This document shows positions 16,550 through 25,437 of a stretch of DNA of 64,000 nucleotides, piece after piece. The notes beneath the pieces are model-generated. The model saw only the letters and a list, made by a program, of their open reading frames with translations. It ran no database searches and was not told where the DNA came from. The stretch lies in the IMG/VR virus record IMGVR_UViG_3300036820_000013, positions 15,081-79,080 of that record; one strand, 5' to 3'. The position numbers and the translations under genes were made by a program. Within the stretch, counting starts at the first letter, position 1; each line of letters opens with the position of its first letter. Source of the DNA: a virus.

Positions 16550-19126
16550 ATGACTGCTGAACTAGTTCAGCCGAGCAGCCAGCGTCGTCACCCCTTGGCA
16601 CAATGCGAGAACTGCCCCCTCAATACCGACGATTATGGCTACGTCCCTAGCTATGGTCCGGACCGAGCGCTCATAGGACTAGTTGGGCAGAACCCTGGCA
16701 GGGCCGAGATCAGGTCCGGCCGGCCATTCATTGGTCCATCAGGGAGGCTCCTAGACAAAACGCTACAAGCGTTTCACTTGGACCGTAGCAAAATGTTCAT
16801 CACGAATGCTTGTCTCTGCACAGATAAGCGCAACCCCAGTTTCACTCCACCGCCTGGAGCGATCCAAGCCTGCAGGCCTAGATTGCTAACCGAGCTGAAG
16901 CAACGAGGCGTCGAGCAGATCGTTGCGATGGGGAACTCGGCCGCACAGTCCTTGCTCAGGACTAAGACAGGCATTACCACGCTGCGCGTCGGGCCATATC
17001 GCGAAACGCCTGAGCTACCCGGTGTCAAGATCATCCCGACCTTCCACCCTGCTGCGTGCCTTCGCTCATCCTCGTCATTTCCTTCCATGGCTAATGACTT
17101 TCAGAAGCTAGTTAGTCATGCCCCACCTTGGCAGGAGCCGACGGTTCGTGTCCTCGACTCCGAACGTGGAGCACTGCTAGCAATCAAGGTACTGCGCCGT
17201 AGGTTCCATAAGACCGTAGTCGACATCGAAGTAGCCATTGATAAAGAGAAGTCCTTTGACCACCCAAATAGGTTCGGCATCCTTTGTATCGGCGTCTGCG
17301 TCCAAAAGGGCATAGGCATCGTCTTTGGCGAGAAAGCTTGCCAATCTAAAGCGGTCCTAGCCGACCTGGCAGCTTGGTTTAAAGAGTCGGAGCTGATCCT
17401 CCAGAATGGTAAGTTCGACCTCGGAGGCCTGCACCCGATTGGGTTCCTGGACCTAAGGATCGGCCAGGACACGATGTTCAAGAGCTACGTGCTCGACGAG
17501 CGCTCTGGAGTTCATGGACTGAAGTACAACGCCGTCGAGAAACTAGGAGCGCCCCGTTATGACGAGGAGCTAAGTCACTACATTCCTAAGGGCGGCAACT
17601 ATGGACATATACCGCGACGCATACTCTATATCTATAATGGCTACGATGTCGTCTGCACATGGGACCTCAATGAGTTCTTTGACTCCGAAATCGATCGTGA
17701 GGACGCTCTTCATCTTGAACCTATCCGCCCTCGTGCCGATGGAGAGTGGTGGGGACTGGGTCGTCTACATGACTTCCTCTGCGATGCCGCGACCAACTTT
17801 ATCTACACCGAGCTAAACGGCTTCGCCGTCGACCTGCCCTACAACAAGGTGCTGCAGAAAGAGTATAAGGCCGAACTCGCCAGCTACGAAAAGACCATGA
17901 CGAGCATCGTCGGACCGTTCAACCCTCGGTCTCCGATGCAAGTCAAGGACGTACTAAGGGACCTCCAAGTTCCAATCCCGAAGAAGAAAAACGCCAAGGG
18001 CCTCATGGCGGAGACAACTGACGCTGAAGCCCTAACCTTGATGTTCGAAGCCTCCAAAGAACGTCGAGCGCGCCGCAAGGACCCTTGGTCCGAAGACGAC
18101 GATGCCGTAATATTTCTTGGCACGATGCTCAAGCATCGCAAGGCCAGCAAAATGGACGGGACCTATGTATCAGGGCTACGCAAGTACGTCTGGCGCGGTC
18201 GTGTTTATCCAACCATCATGCTCCACAGTACAAATACCGGTCGGCTATCACAAAAGAAGCCCAGCCTACAGGTCATTCCTCGTGGCGACAAGCTGCGTCG
18301 TCAATATAAAGTGTCCAAGCCTGACCATGTGCTGATTGAGGCTGACTACGGACAGCTAGAGCTCCGCGTTCTGACCTGGTTGGCTCAGGATGAGTACTTC
18401 GCCGAGATCTTCAGGGACCCGACGCGCGACCTGTTCGACGAGCTCATTCCAGTCATCAGGCCAGAGAGGTCCTACAGACAACAGTTGTCCAAGAAGGATC
18501 GCCGCAACGTCATCAAGTGCTTCGTTTACGGATTGGCTTACGGCCGCGAGGCTAAGTCCATCGCTGAGGAGCTGGACATCCCGTTGCGGGAAGCTCAAGC
18601 GATGCTGCGGGACTTCTTTAGCGTCATTCCAGACATCGTCTCGTTCCGCGAAAAAGCAAAAATGATGGCCCTGCATGGCAACGACCTCATTACGCCGTTT
18701 GGGCGTCGTCGCAGGTTCAACCTAATCACGGATGAGAACACCAAGGAGATCCAGAACGAGGCCTGCGCATTCTTCCCGCAGTCGATCGGATCGGATATCT
18801 GTGTCAGTGCCTTCACTGTGCTCCGGCCAGAGCTCAAGGGCGTAGCGTGGTGTCGTAATACGATTCACGACGCGCTATACTTCGAGACCCACCAGGACAA
18901 TGTCGCATACGTAGGCAACCTCATGAGACAGCGTATGATCGAATCAGCCGTCAGGATCGTCGGTGACTACGTTCCGTTCAAGATCGACGTCGAAGTTGGT
19001 CGAGATTGGGGCACTATGATTAAATTGGAAGAGTGGCTCGACGGTAAGCGTCCTTATTCATGTGCTGTAGAGCTCTGGAAGCCTCCGATGTTTCAGGACG
19101 TAGCGAATGTCTCAGCCAGCGCTTGA
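16550..19126 (+). CDS. polA: DNA polymerase I (family A) with N-terminal uracil-DNA glycosylase-like domain and 3'-5' exonuclease
   Basis: UDG-like: CENCPL, GQNPG, PFIGPSG, ITNACLC, HPAA. Exonuclease: DIE, NGKFD, YNGYD. Polymerase: TGRLS, ADYGQLELR, KCFVYGLAYG, TIHDA. Confidence 0.95.
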   Translation: MTAELVQPSSQRRHPLAQCENCPLNTDDYGYVPSYGPDRALIGLVGQNPGRAEIRSGRPFIGPSGRLLDKTLQAFHLDRSKMFITNACLCTDKRNPSFTPPPGAIQACRPRLLTELKQRGVEQIVAMGNSAAQSLLRTKTGITTLRVGPYRETPELPGVKIIPTFHPAACLRSSSSFPSMANDFQKLVSHAPPWQEPTVRVLDSERGALLAIKVLRRRFHKTVVDIEVAIDKEKSFDHPNRFGILCIGVCVQKGIGIVFGEKACQSKAVLADLAAWFKESELILQNGKFDLGGLHPIGFLDLRIGQDTMFKSYVLDERSGVHGLKYNAVEKLGAPRYDEELSHYIPKGGNYGHIPRRILYIYNGYDVVCTWDLNEFFDSEIDREDALHLEPIRPRADGEWWGLGRLHDFLCDAATNFIYTELNGFAVDLPYNKVLQKEYKAELASYEKTMTSIVGPFNPRSPMQVKDVLRDLQVPIPKKKNAKGLMAETTDAEALTLMFEASKERRARRKDPWSEDDDAVIFLGTMLKHRKASKMDGTYVSGLRKYVWRGRVYPTIMLHSTNTGRLSQKKPSLQVIPRGDKLRRQYKVSKPDHVLIEADYGQLELRVLTWLAQDEYFAEIFRDPTRDLFDELIPVIRPERSYRQQLSKKDRRNVIKCFVYGLAYGREAKSIAEELDIPLREAQAMLRDFFSVIPDIVSFREKAKMMALHGNDLITPFGRRRRFNLITDENTKEIQNEACAFFPQSIGSDICVSAFTVLRPELKGVAWCRNTIHDALYFETHQDNVAYVGNLMRQRMIESAVRIVGDYVPFKIDVEVGRDWGTMIKLEEWLDGKRPYSCAVELWKPPMFQDVANVSASA

Positions 19127-19268
19127 ACAGTGCATCGATATTGCTTGGCACAATATTGAAAACGTCCTAATGGAGGACTCTCCCGACCCATGGAAATGGA
19201 ATTGGCGCTGGGGGCTAGCCGAAGCTTGGCTCCGGCAGGCCGAGAACCTTATGCGCAAAGGCGCTTAA
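19107..19268 (+). CDS. Small Trp-rich hypothetical protein (53 aa, below the ORF-track cutoff)
   Basis: Manual translation MSQPALEQCIDIAWHNIENVLMEDSPDPWKWNWRWGLAEAWLRQAENLMRKGA, overlapping the polA end. Confidence 0.45.
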   Translation: MSQPALEQCIDIAWHNIENVLMEDSPDPWKWNWRWGLAEAWLRQAENLMRKGA

Positions 19269-19429
19269 AGATCTTGAAATTCTCAACTCTTATCAATCAG
19301 CTAGAGGGGTGGAAAACCCACGCTAAAATCCTCTATACCCGATGGAACTTTAGATCTAGCTATCTAGTGTTGAGAAAAATTATCCCCCTTTAAAAGGGGG
19401 TGTACGAAGCACATGAAAGGAATAGACCA

Positions 19430-19669
19430 ATGCCAGAAGACAAGATCCGCTACGCCAAGAACCAGGGTCCGGATTCGGTCAAGTTTGAAAGTACACTGAT
19501 CAATACATACGAATTCGCGCTAGCAGACGTCGTGAAGGCGCTAGGCCTCCCGACCGGCCCTGAATGGACTATCGTTGTTCAGGCTGGAGCTAGCTGGGAC
19601 ATCGTACGCGTTACCGCACGTCGTGATTACGATAGAGCAGCGCCACCCAAGCCGGTGACCGAGGATTAG
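19430..19669 (+). CDS. Hypothetical protein
   Basis: RBS gaaagga before ATG 19430; last plus-strand gene before the convergence point. Confidence 0.65.
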   Translation: MPEDKIRYAKNQGPDSVKFESTLINTYEFALADVVKALGLPTGPEWTIVVQAGASWDIVRVTARRDYDRAAPPKPVTED

Positions 19670-19696
19670 CTGCTGCTACATCCCCAAGGTTACTGG

Positions 19697-19738
19697 GCCC
19701 GACCCTCCTCTCGGCGGACAGTAAGAGGAGGGCCGGGC
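19697..19738. terminator. Hairpin between the convergent arms (probably bidirectional terminator)
   Basis: gcccgaccctcctct / agaggagggccgggc, 15-bp stem with one mismatch. Confidence 0.75.
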
Positions 19739-19749
19739 GTCTGCTTGGG

Positions 19750-20730
19750 TTAAGGACAAGTGAATGTCAACTTAACCCACGGCGAGGAGTGACTGCCGTC
19801 CGCTAGCGAGGCCCGGAGGCCTAGCGTGTAGGTCTTGCCAGAAGTCAGAGAGCCGACCTGCCAGCTCTCCGGATTGGTTCCCTTTGAGCGGAATCGCGGA
19901 TACTTCGAGACCTGTGCCCCGAGACTGCCACCTTCCGACATAGCTAGTTCATACTGACCGATACCCGGCGCCGGCGAGGGGGAGTCGCCTATGAACCCCG
20001 CTGAGGCATCAAACTGCACCTTAACAGAGGTCGGACCGATGTTCTCGATTACAGCATTCTGCACTGGACTGAACGTCCAGTTGCTTGAAGGAGCCGGCGC
20101 GTTCCCATAGGCCATCGCGGCCAGCTGAGTAACGGTCCCATGGTAGACTGAACAGTCTGCAGAACCGACGCCTGGGACGTTGTAATCGTCCGTGAACTGC
20201 CAGAGCGTGTGCGGCGAGCTTGGTTCGGTGTTCTGGTACGCCGCGAGCCATTGGACTGGAAGCGCCCCTTGCGCCTCCCCGAAGTCGAGACCGCTGTAGG
20301 TCCAGAGGTACGACGCGATGCCAGTCCCATACAGGGACAGCATCTCGTTGTACCAATCAGTGAGCATCGAGTGCTCACCTTCCTCGAAGTCAGCGACGAA
20401 CACCTCTCCAGGCTCGATCGCGCCGACTAGATTGTGGAAGGCCTGAGCCTGCGCTGCACCTGACTGTCCGGAGACCAGATACTGATAGATCATCAGGAAC
20501 TTGACACCGCCGGCGTGAAGGTCAGCTCGGCGCTGTCCGCCATACCAAGCTCCATCATCATGCGCGTCCCCATAGAGAGCCCGAACGGCGATTGCATGGC
20601 TCCAGGCCAGGTAGGTCGCGTCGGCGACATTCGGATCGAACTCTGAGACGTCCGACATCAGCGTATAGGTTCCGGAGAAGGTTGCGACCCTCCAGGAGAT
20701 GCCGCCCGCGCGTAGTGTCTTGCGTATCAT
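19750..20730 (-). CDS. Endolysin, GH25 muramidase with C-terminal FN3-like domain
   Basis: DVSEF, AAQAQAF, ADFEE, WLAAY, LWQFTD...PGVG..DCS; beta-rich C-terminus (LTSGKTYTLGLRA). Confidence 0.88.
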   Translation of the reverse strand: MIRKTLRAGGISWRVATFSGTYTLMSDVSEFDPNVADATYLAWSHAIAVRALYGDAHDDGAWYGGQRRADLHAGGVKFLMIYQYLVSGQSGAAQAQAFHNLVGAIEPGEVFVADFEEGEHSMLTDWYNEMLSLYGTGIASYLWTYSGLDFGEAQGALPVQWLAAYQNTEPSSPHTLWQFTDDYNVPGVGSADCSVYHGTVTQLAAMAYGNAPAPSSNWTFSPVQNAVIENIGPTSVKVQFDASAGFIGDSPSPAPGIGQYELAMSEGGSLGAQVSKYPRFRSKGTNPESWQVGSLTSGKTYTLGLRASLADGSHSSPWVKLTFTCP

Positions 20731-20748
20731 GGCTGTCCGCCTTTCATA

Positions 20749-20970
20749 CTAGTTAGATACTGGCGGCGACATAGTCCCGTCAGCAGGATGGACGACTACC
20801 GCTGGCGCCGGCTTGTTCGGCACCAGGTAGACACTGATGGCCGAGATCGCGCTGAGGAGCGTAGCGATCCACGGCTGGCCATGGCCGAAGGTCGAGAGCC
20901 CAACGGCAACTGCGCCGAGGATCGCGACCGTGAACTTGTTGTATTGTGCGAGTCTCGTAAGTAGACTCAT
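20749..20970 (-). CDS. Holin
   Basis: Two TM helices, YNKFTVAILGA...VYLVPN; adjacent to the endolysin. Confidence 0.8.
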   Translation of the reverse strand: MSLLTRLAQYNKFTVAILGAVAVGLSTFGHGQPWIATLLSAISAISVYLVPNKPAPAVVVHPADGTMSPPVSN

Positions 20971-20980
20971 TTCCTGCCTC

Positions 20981-21316
20981 CTAGTGTTCCGAGCCTGTTT
21001 GGCTCGTCACGTGTTCCTTCATCTCGTCGTGCTTCTTATCGATATGGTCCGCAGTCAGTCCGGCTGTGATGAAGGAGAACACAGCACCCCAAAGCGGAAT
21101 CATTGTAACCATCGATAGCTCACCGAGCGTATACGATTGCCAGCCTTGAAAGACTAGCGGGCAACCGTCCGTAGTAGCTAGGCCGGTCGCGCAGTACATG
21201 CCAAGCGCCGGCCCCGCATGCGTAGTCACGCCTAGCAGCAATCCCAGAACGACTATCAGGAGCGCCGTCAGCCCAAGCAGGCCTGCTGCACGCCGATGAT
21301 GCTTATTGAGGCTCAC
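20981..21316 (-). CDS. KcsA-like two-TM pore-domain protein with non-canonical filter
   Basis: TM1 (HHRRAAGLLGL...), pore helix plus ATTDGC, TM2 (MVTMIPLWGAV); aligns by eye to KcsA HWRAAG...ATTVGYG...MVAGITSFGLV. Confidence 0.6.
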   Translation of the reverse strand: MSLNKHHRRAAGLLGLTALLIVVLGLLLGVTTHAGPALGMYCATGLATTDGCPLVFQGWQSYTLGELSMVTMIPLWGAVFSFITAGLTADHIDKKHDEMKEHVTSQTGSEH

Positions 21317-21674
21317 TGAGCTGTCCTTCTAGCAGCGTAACGATCCGCTCCAGCAGCTCGATCTCGGTCTTTGCTGGCCTGGCTTCCTCATGATGAAGAT
21401 TGCACCACGGCGTACCTGCGATCGTGTGCCGCCCGATACGCAAGCAACCCGTATGGTGACAATTGTACTTATGCCATGCACCCGATACGACACTGACTAG
21501 CGTCAGCGCAGTCAGGGCCGGCAAGAAGCCTGACAGGAGCTGATACGTCCATGGTGTGCCGTTCGGCGCTGGGTAGACTCCGATTCCGAAGGAGTCCGCC
21601 AACGGATGCAGCGCCATTTCGATGCCGAGCCAGATGACCAGCCCGGCTAGGATAGTCAGAATTGCTCGCTTCAC
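21303..21674 (-). CDS. Membrane protein with C-terminal Cys/His motif
   Basis: Two hydrophobic segments, then NCHHTGCLRIGRH...CNLHH. Confidence 0.7.
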   Translation of the reverse strand: MKRAILTILAGLVIWLGIEMALHPLADSFGIGVYPAPNGTPWTYQLLSGFLPALTALTLVSVVSGAWHKYNCHHTGCLRIGRHTIAGTPWCNLHHEEARPAKTEIELLERIVTLLEGQLSEPQ

Positions 21675-22273
21675 TTGTCCGCCTTCTTTGCATACTCATG
21701 AACGAATCGCCCGTCGGGCCCCAGCCTCGTAGTGAGTCGTCCTCTAGCCTCTTGTGGCCTCCAGTCCTCCCCTGGCGGAACCTTGCGATGTCCCACTGTC
21801 GGCGAATGGATATGCGGATGGAACCCTAGCCGCTCAGCTGCCTCACGAATTCGCGTATCCAAATGCCGCCAGCAAGGACGCTTCTTGCAGCATGGTTGTC
21901 CGTAAAGCGCACTCCAGTATGGCAGGTACATGATGTCTGGAGGCGTAACAGCGTCTTGGAAGTCCGCACTGAACCGAGTACAGCCTAGAGCGCTCTCCAG
22001 CCACCCATCCAGCCTCAATGGATGCCTGTATGGGAACACGCACCAAGAGTCGACACAGCCTGCTAGTTGTGGTAGAACCTTGGCATGGATAGTAATATCG
22101 TGCTCGACAATCAAAAGATCGTCCGTTGCATCCCAACGCGTCGCTACAGCCTGCCAGTAAGCGTATGAGTCGCCAGCAGCTACGCTCACGATCTCAGCTT
22201 GCGGAGCGTACCGCTCGAGCGCTGCCTTCGCTGCAGGCCATGGCTCGCCAGTGGCGACGCATAGGATGCGCAT
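21671..22273 (-). CDS. GT-A-like glycosyltransferase (paralog of 44070-44660)
   Basis: DLLIVEHDI (DxD-like), LGCTRFSA, WRHLD, C-terminal His. Confidence 0.6.
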   Translation of the reverse strand: MRILCVATGEPWPAAKAALERYAPQAEIVSVAAGDSYAYWQAVATRWDATDDLLIVEHDITIHAKVLPQLAGCVDSWCVFPYRHPLRLDGWLESALGCTRFSADFQDAVTPPDIMYLPYWSALYGQPCCKKRPCWRHLDTRIREAAERLGFHPHIHSPTVGHRKVPPGEDWRPQEARGRLTTRLGPDGRFVHEYAKKADK

Positions 22274-22275
22274 TA

Positions 22276-22500
22276 CTAAGCCGCTACCTCCTTCTTACCG
22301 TTCGCGGAAGCCTTGGGCTGGTCTGCAGCAGCTGCCATCTTCGCGACCTGACTGAGCAGCGCCCGCTCACGCTCCTGCGACTCTTGCAGCGCAGCTTCCA
22401 TGATTGCAGACTTGGTCTGCTCCTCGGCTAGCCGAGCCTTAAGAATATTGATCACGCGCTCGGGTTGGACACGTAGTTCGGATACTGCCTGGTCCGCCAT
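22276..22500 (-). CDS. Small coiled-coil protein
   Basis: Heptad-like helix; RBS ggaagg. Confidence 0.6.
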   Translation of the reverse strand: MADQAVSELRVQPERVINILKARLAEEQTKSAIMEAALQESQERERALLSQVAKMAAAADQPKASANGKKEVAA

Positions 22501-22522
22501 GATGCCTGCCTTCCTGCTTATG

Positions 22523-22873
22523 CTACTGGCCATTCCATAGACTAGCTAGAGCACTATCGAAGTCGAATGTAGCAGCGCCTGTCCCGCCGCTCCCTCCCTG
22601 CTGCACCGTACCGTAGTAGCATCCGGCGACCGTGTTGAAGTATGCGATGACCTCCAGCGCCCAGGCAGCATCAGACTGGTCGCCTGGATTAGAGTCGTTA
22701 GCAGCCGACGCGTACCCCATCTCTTCTAGATACGCCAGCCCCTGTCCGGTACCGTTGACTTGTGTAGATAGGTTAGCAGCCTGCTGCATGAGGTTGCGCA
22801 TCTGCACGGCGATGCTGGTCAGTTGGTTGTTGATGGTTGCGTTAGTAGGTTGAGTGCCTACGCCTGATGTCAT
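22523..22873 (-). CDS. Hypothetical tail-region protein
   Basis: Coupled to the tail fibre stop; RBS gaaagga. Confidence 0.65.
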   Translation of the reverse strand: MTSGVGTQPTNATINNQLTSIAVQMRNLMQQAANLSTQVNGTGQGLAYLEEMGYASAANDSNPGDQSDAAWALEVIAYFNTVAGCYYGTVQQGGSGGTGAATFDFDSALASLWNGQ

Positions 22874-25437
22874 GGCCCGATCCTTTCGAAGATTGCCGCC
22901 TGCCCGACTATCGTACAAGTGCCTGCGACAGCGGCAGTGATGGACATAGTGGTTGACGCGGTCGTGTTAACGCTGATCGCTGTGCTACTCACGCCCATTA
23001 CAGTAGAAGGTGTGGCTCCCGACGTACCGGAAGCCTCACCGATATGGACGACCGTTGTGTACCACGCCGTACCGCTGCTACCAATCGTCTCGACGGTAAT
23101 CAGCGCCACCGCATACCAGGTGAACACGCTAGGGAGCGAAGCGGCTGCCGCCTCAGCCTCCGTGTTCCCGTACGCCAAAGTGTTCCAGTTCAGGTTGCTT
23201 GAGCTGTACGAGCCGGTACCGAACGCCGTAATGCGGTATGTGGTACCTGGCGCAGCGTCGTTCGCCGGAATGGAGAACGACGGAGTAACCGCGGTCTGAG
23301 AGCCGGTACTGGCCGAGTGCGAAGCCGGGACCGCGCCTATCGTGTTCGTGAGTTGCCCATTGAATCCATTAGCACTCTTGAAAGCGGCATTTCCGTCCGC
23401 GTCTGCATAAAAAAGCGCATACTGATTAGCAGGCGTACCAGACTGCGTAACCATTTCCAGGCCGCCGCCGCCAGCTGAGCCTGTTCCCAGTACTAGGTTC
23501 CCAGCCGTACTAGCCGCTAGCGTTGTATACTTCGTATTGCTATTATACAGCCCAAGGCCAGCTGGATAGGTGTTGCTATACCCATCCGTTCCTGAGACCG
23601 GCGAAACGCTGACTACTAGATTAGACGTAGCCGGAGTTCCGCTGTAGGCTAGGAACTCACCCGACGAGCCGTCGACAACAATACTCGTACCGGTAATCGT
23701 GCCAGCCTGGATCACGGCGCTCACTAGCGTCGCTGTCTCAATTGTCGTGCTATTGACAATTCCAGCAACGACTATGTCCGCGACCAGATTGCTAGCTGCG
23801 ATTGTGCCAGCCGCGATCAACGAACCCGTAATCGTGCTAGCAGCAATCAGATCTGCAGTAATAGTAGCGGCTGCGATTTCCGTAGCGGTAATCGTGCCCG
23901 CCGCGATCAACGAGCCTGTAATGGTACTCGCAGCGATCTGCGAGGCAGTGATCGTATTGGCTGCGATGTTACTAGCTACGATCGTACCAGCAGCGATCTG
24001 CACAGCAGTAATAGCACCGGCTGCGATCTGCGTAGCCGTGATCGTATTAGCTACGATGTTAGCGGCAGTAATCGTCCCCGCCGCAATCAAGCTGCCAGTG
24101 ATTGTAGCAGCCTCAATTAGGCTGCCAGTAATCGTGCCTGCAGCGATCTGCGCGGCAGTAATTGTGTTGGCCGCAATTTGACTAGCAGTGACCGCTCCTG
24201 CTGCAATCAGCGATGTCGTGATCGCTTGCGCCTCGATCAAGCCGCTCGTGATAGTCCCGGCGGTGATCACATCGCTGGCTGTAAAGCTAACAGCCGTCCA
24301 AGCTGAGCCGCTGTACTGCTGCAGCTGGTAGCCGTTAGCCGAGTCGATCCAGATATCGCCTGCGATCGGGCTGCCTGGAGCCGAGCCTGCGATCGTTGTT
24401 GTTATCCCGCCGAGGGTCCGAGCAGTCACCGAACCTGACAGAAGCGATGCAGTAACTGATCCTGCCGTTAGAACGTCAGAGGCCGTAAACGAAACCGCTA
24501 CCCAAGCAGATCCGGAATATTGATTGATCTGATAGCCGCTAGCTGAGTTGATCCAGATATCTCCAGCAACAGGTGAACCTGGAGCAGAGCCTGCAATCGT
24601 AGTAGTAATGCCGCCTAGACTACGAGCTGTAATGCTGCCGCTCAGCAACGTAGCGCCCACGGAACCTGCCGCGAGGACATCAGCTGCGTTCCAGCTAATA
24701 GCCGTCCAGGCAGATCCGGAATACTGTTCTAGCTGGAAGCCTGACGAGCTGTTAACCCATAGGTCGCCTGCCGCCGGCGAGCCTGGCGCAGACGATGCAA
24801 TCGTCGTCGTAATACCGCCAAGCGCCCTAGCCGTAACCGCGCTGTTCAATGCTGCCAGACCAACAGCAGCACTAGCTATAGCTGCTGACCCAACAGCGTC
24901 ATCCGCTATCTGAGCCGCTCCGACAGCTCCATCAATCAGCTGCGGCTGGCCGACAGCATCATCAGCCAGCTGGGACTGCCCTACGGAAGCATCAATTAGT
25001 TGTGCAGTCCCAACAGCATTATCAGACAGCAAGGCTTGAATGATCGAGTTGTCCGCAATTGCGCTCGTGCCGTACTGATAGACAACCCATTCGGAAGTAC
25101 CTTCATCGTACACTTCCATAACGGCTGTGCCGCTGCTCGTATTGAACCAGAACTCTCCGCCGGTCGGATCAGACGGCTCAGTCGGCCCAAGGACTACAGT
25201 TGTACCGTTAGCACCTACGATGGTAATGTCAGAAGTTAGCTCACCCGTGCCGTCAGCGTTTAGGACAAACCCTGACGTCCCCGGTACATAGTTAGACGAG
25301 CCTAGCGCGGTCCGGTTCAGTGTAGTGCCTAGTGCCACTGGGTCAGTAGCCAATACCTCAAGATTAGTAATGCGTCGACTGAGACTAGCAATCGTGCTAA
25401 CAAGCCGTTGCTCGATAGTTATCGGACGCCCAGTCAA
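22870..25437 (-). CDS. Tail fibre / receptor-binding protein with internal repeats
   Basis: TTG start overlapping the upstream stop; three long repeats (ARxLGGITTTIAxSAPGSPxAGDxW...) and a long A[GA]TITxxxIA decapeptide run. Confidence 0.8.
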   Translation of the reverse strand: MTGRPITIEQRLVSTIASLSRRITNLEVLATDPVALGTTLNRTALGSSNYVPGTSGFVLNADGTGELTSDITIVGANGTTVVLGPTEPSDPTGGEFWFNTSSGTAVMEVYDEGTSEWVVYQYGTSAIADNSIIQALLSDNAVGTAQLIDASVGQSQLADDAVGQPQLIDGAVGAAQIADDAVGSAAIASAAVGLAALNSAVTARALGGITTTIASSAPGSPAAGDLWVNSSSGFQLEQYSGSAWTAISWNAADVLAAGSVGATLLSGSITARSLGGITTTIAGSAPGSPVAGDIWINSASGYQINQYSGSAWVAVSFTASDVLTAGSVTASLLSGSVTARTLGGITTTIAGSAPGSPIAGDIWIDSANGYQLQQYSGSAWTAVSFTASDVITAGTITSGLIEAQAITTSLIAAGAVTASQIAANTITAAQIAAGTITGSLIEAATITGSLIAAGTITAANIVANTITATQIAAGAITAVQIAAGTIVASNIAANTITASQIAASTITGSLIAAGTITATEIAAATITADLIAASTITGSLIAAGTIAASNLVADIVVAGIVNSTTIETATLVSAVIQAGTITGTSIVVDGSSGEFLAYSGTPATSNLVVSVSPVSGTDGYSNTYPAGLGLYNSNTKYTTLAASTAGNLVLGTGSAGGGGLEMVTQSGTPANQYALFYADADGNAAFKSANGFNGQLTNTIGAVPASHSASTGSQTAVTPSFSIPANDAAPGTTYRITAFGTGSYSSSNLNWNTLAYGNTEAEAAAASLPSVFTWYAVALITVETIGSSGTAWYTTVVHIGEASGTSGATPSTVMGVSSTAISVNTTASTTMSITAAVAGTCTIVGQAAIFERIGP

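Noticed and set aside
19116-19268. Cluster of small hairpins right after polA as an ncRNA
   Set aside because: A plausible 53-aa ORF (19107-19268) covers it, so the stems may be chance.
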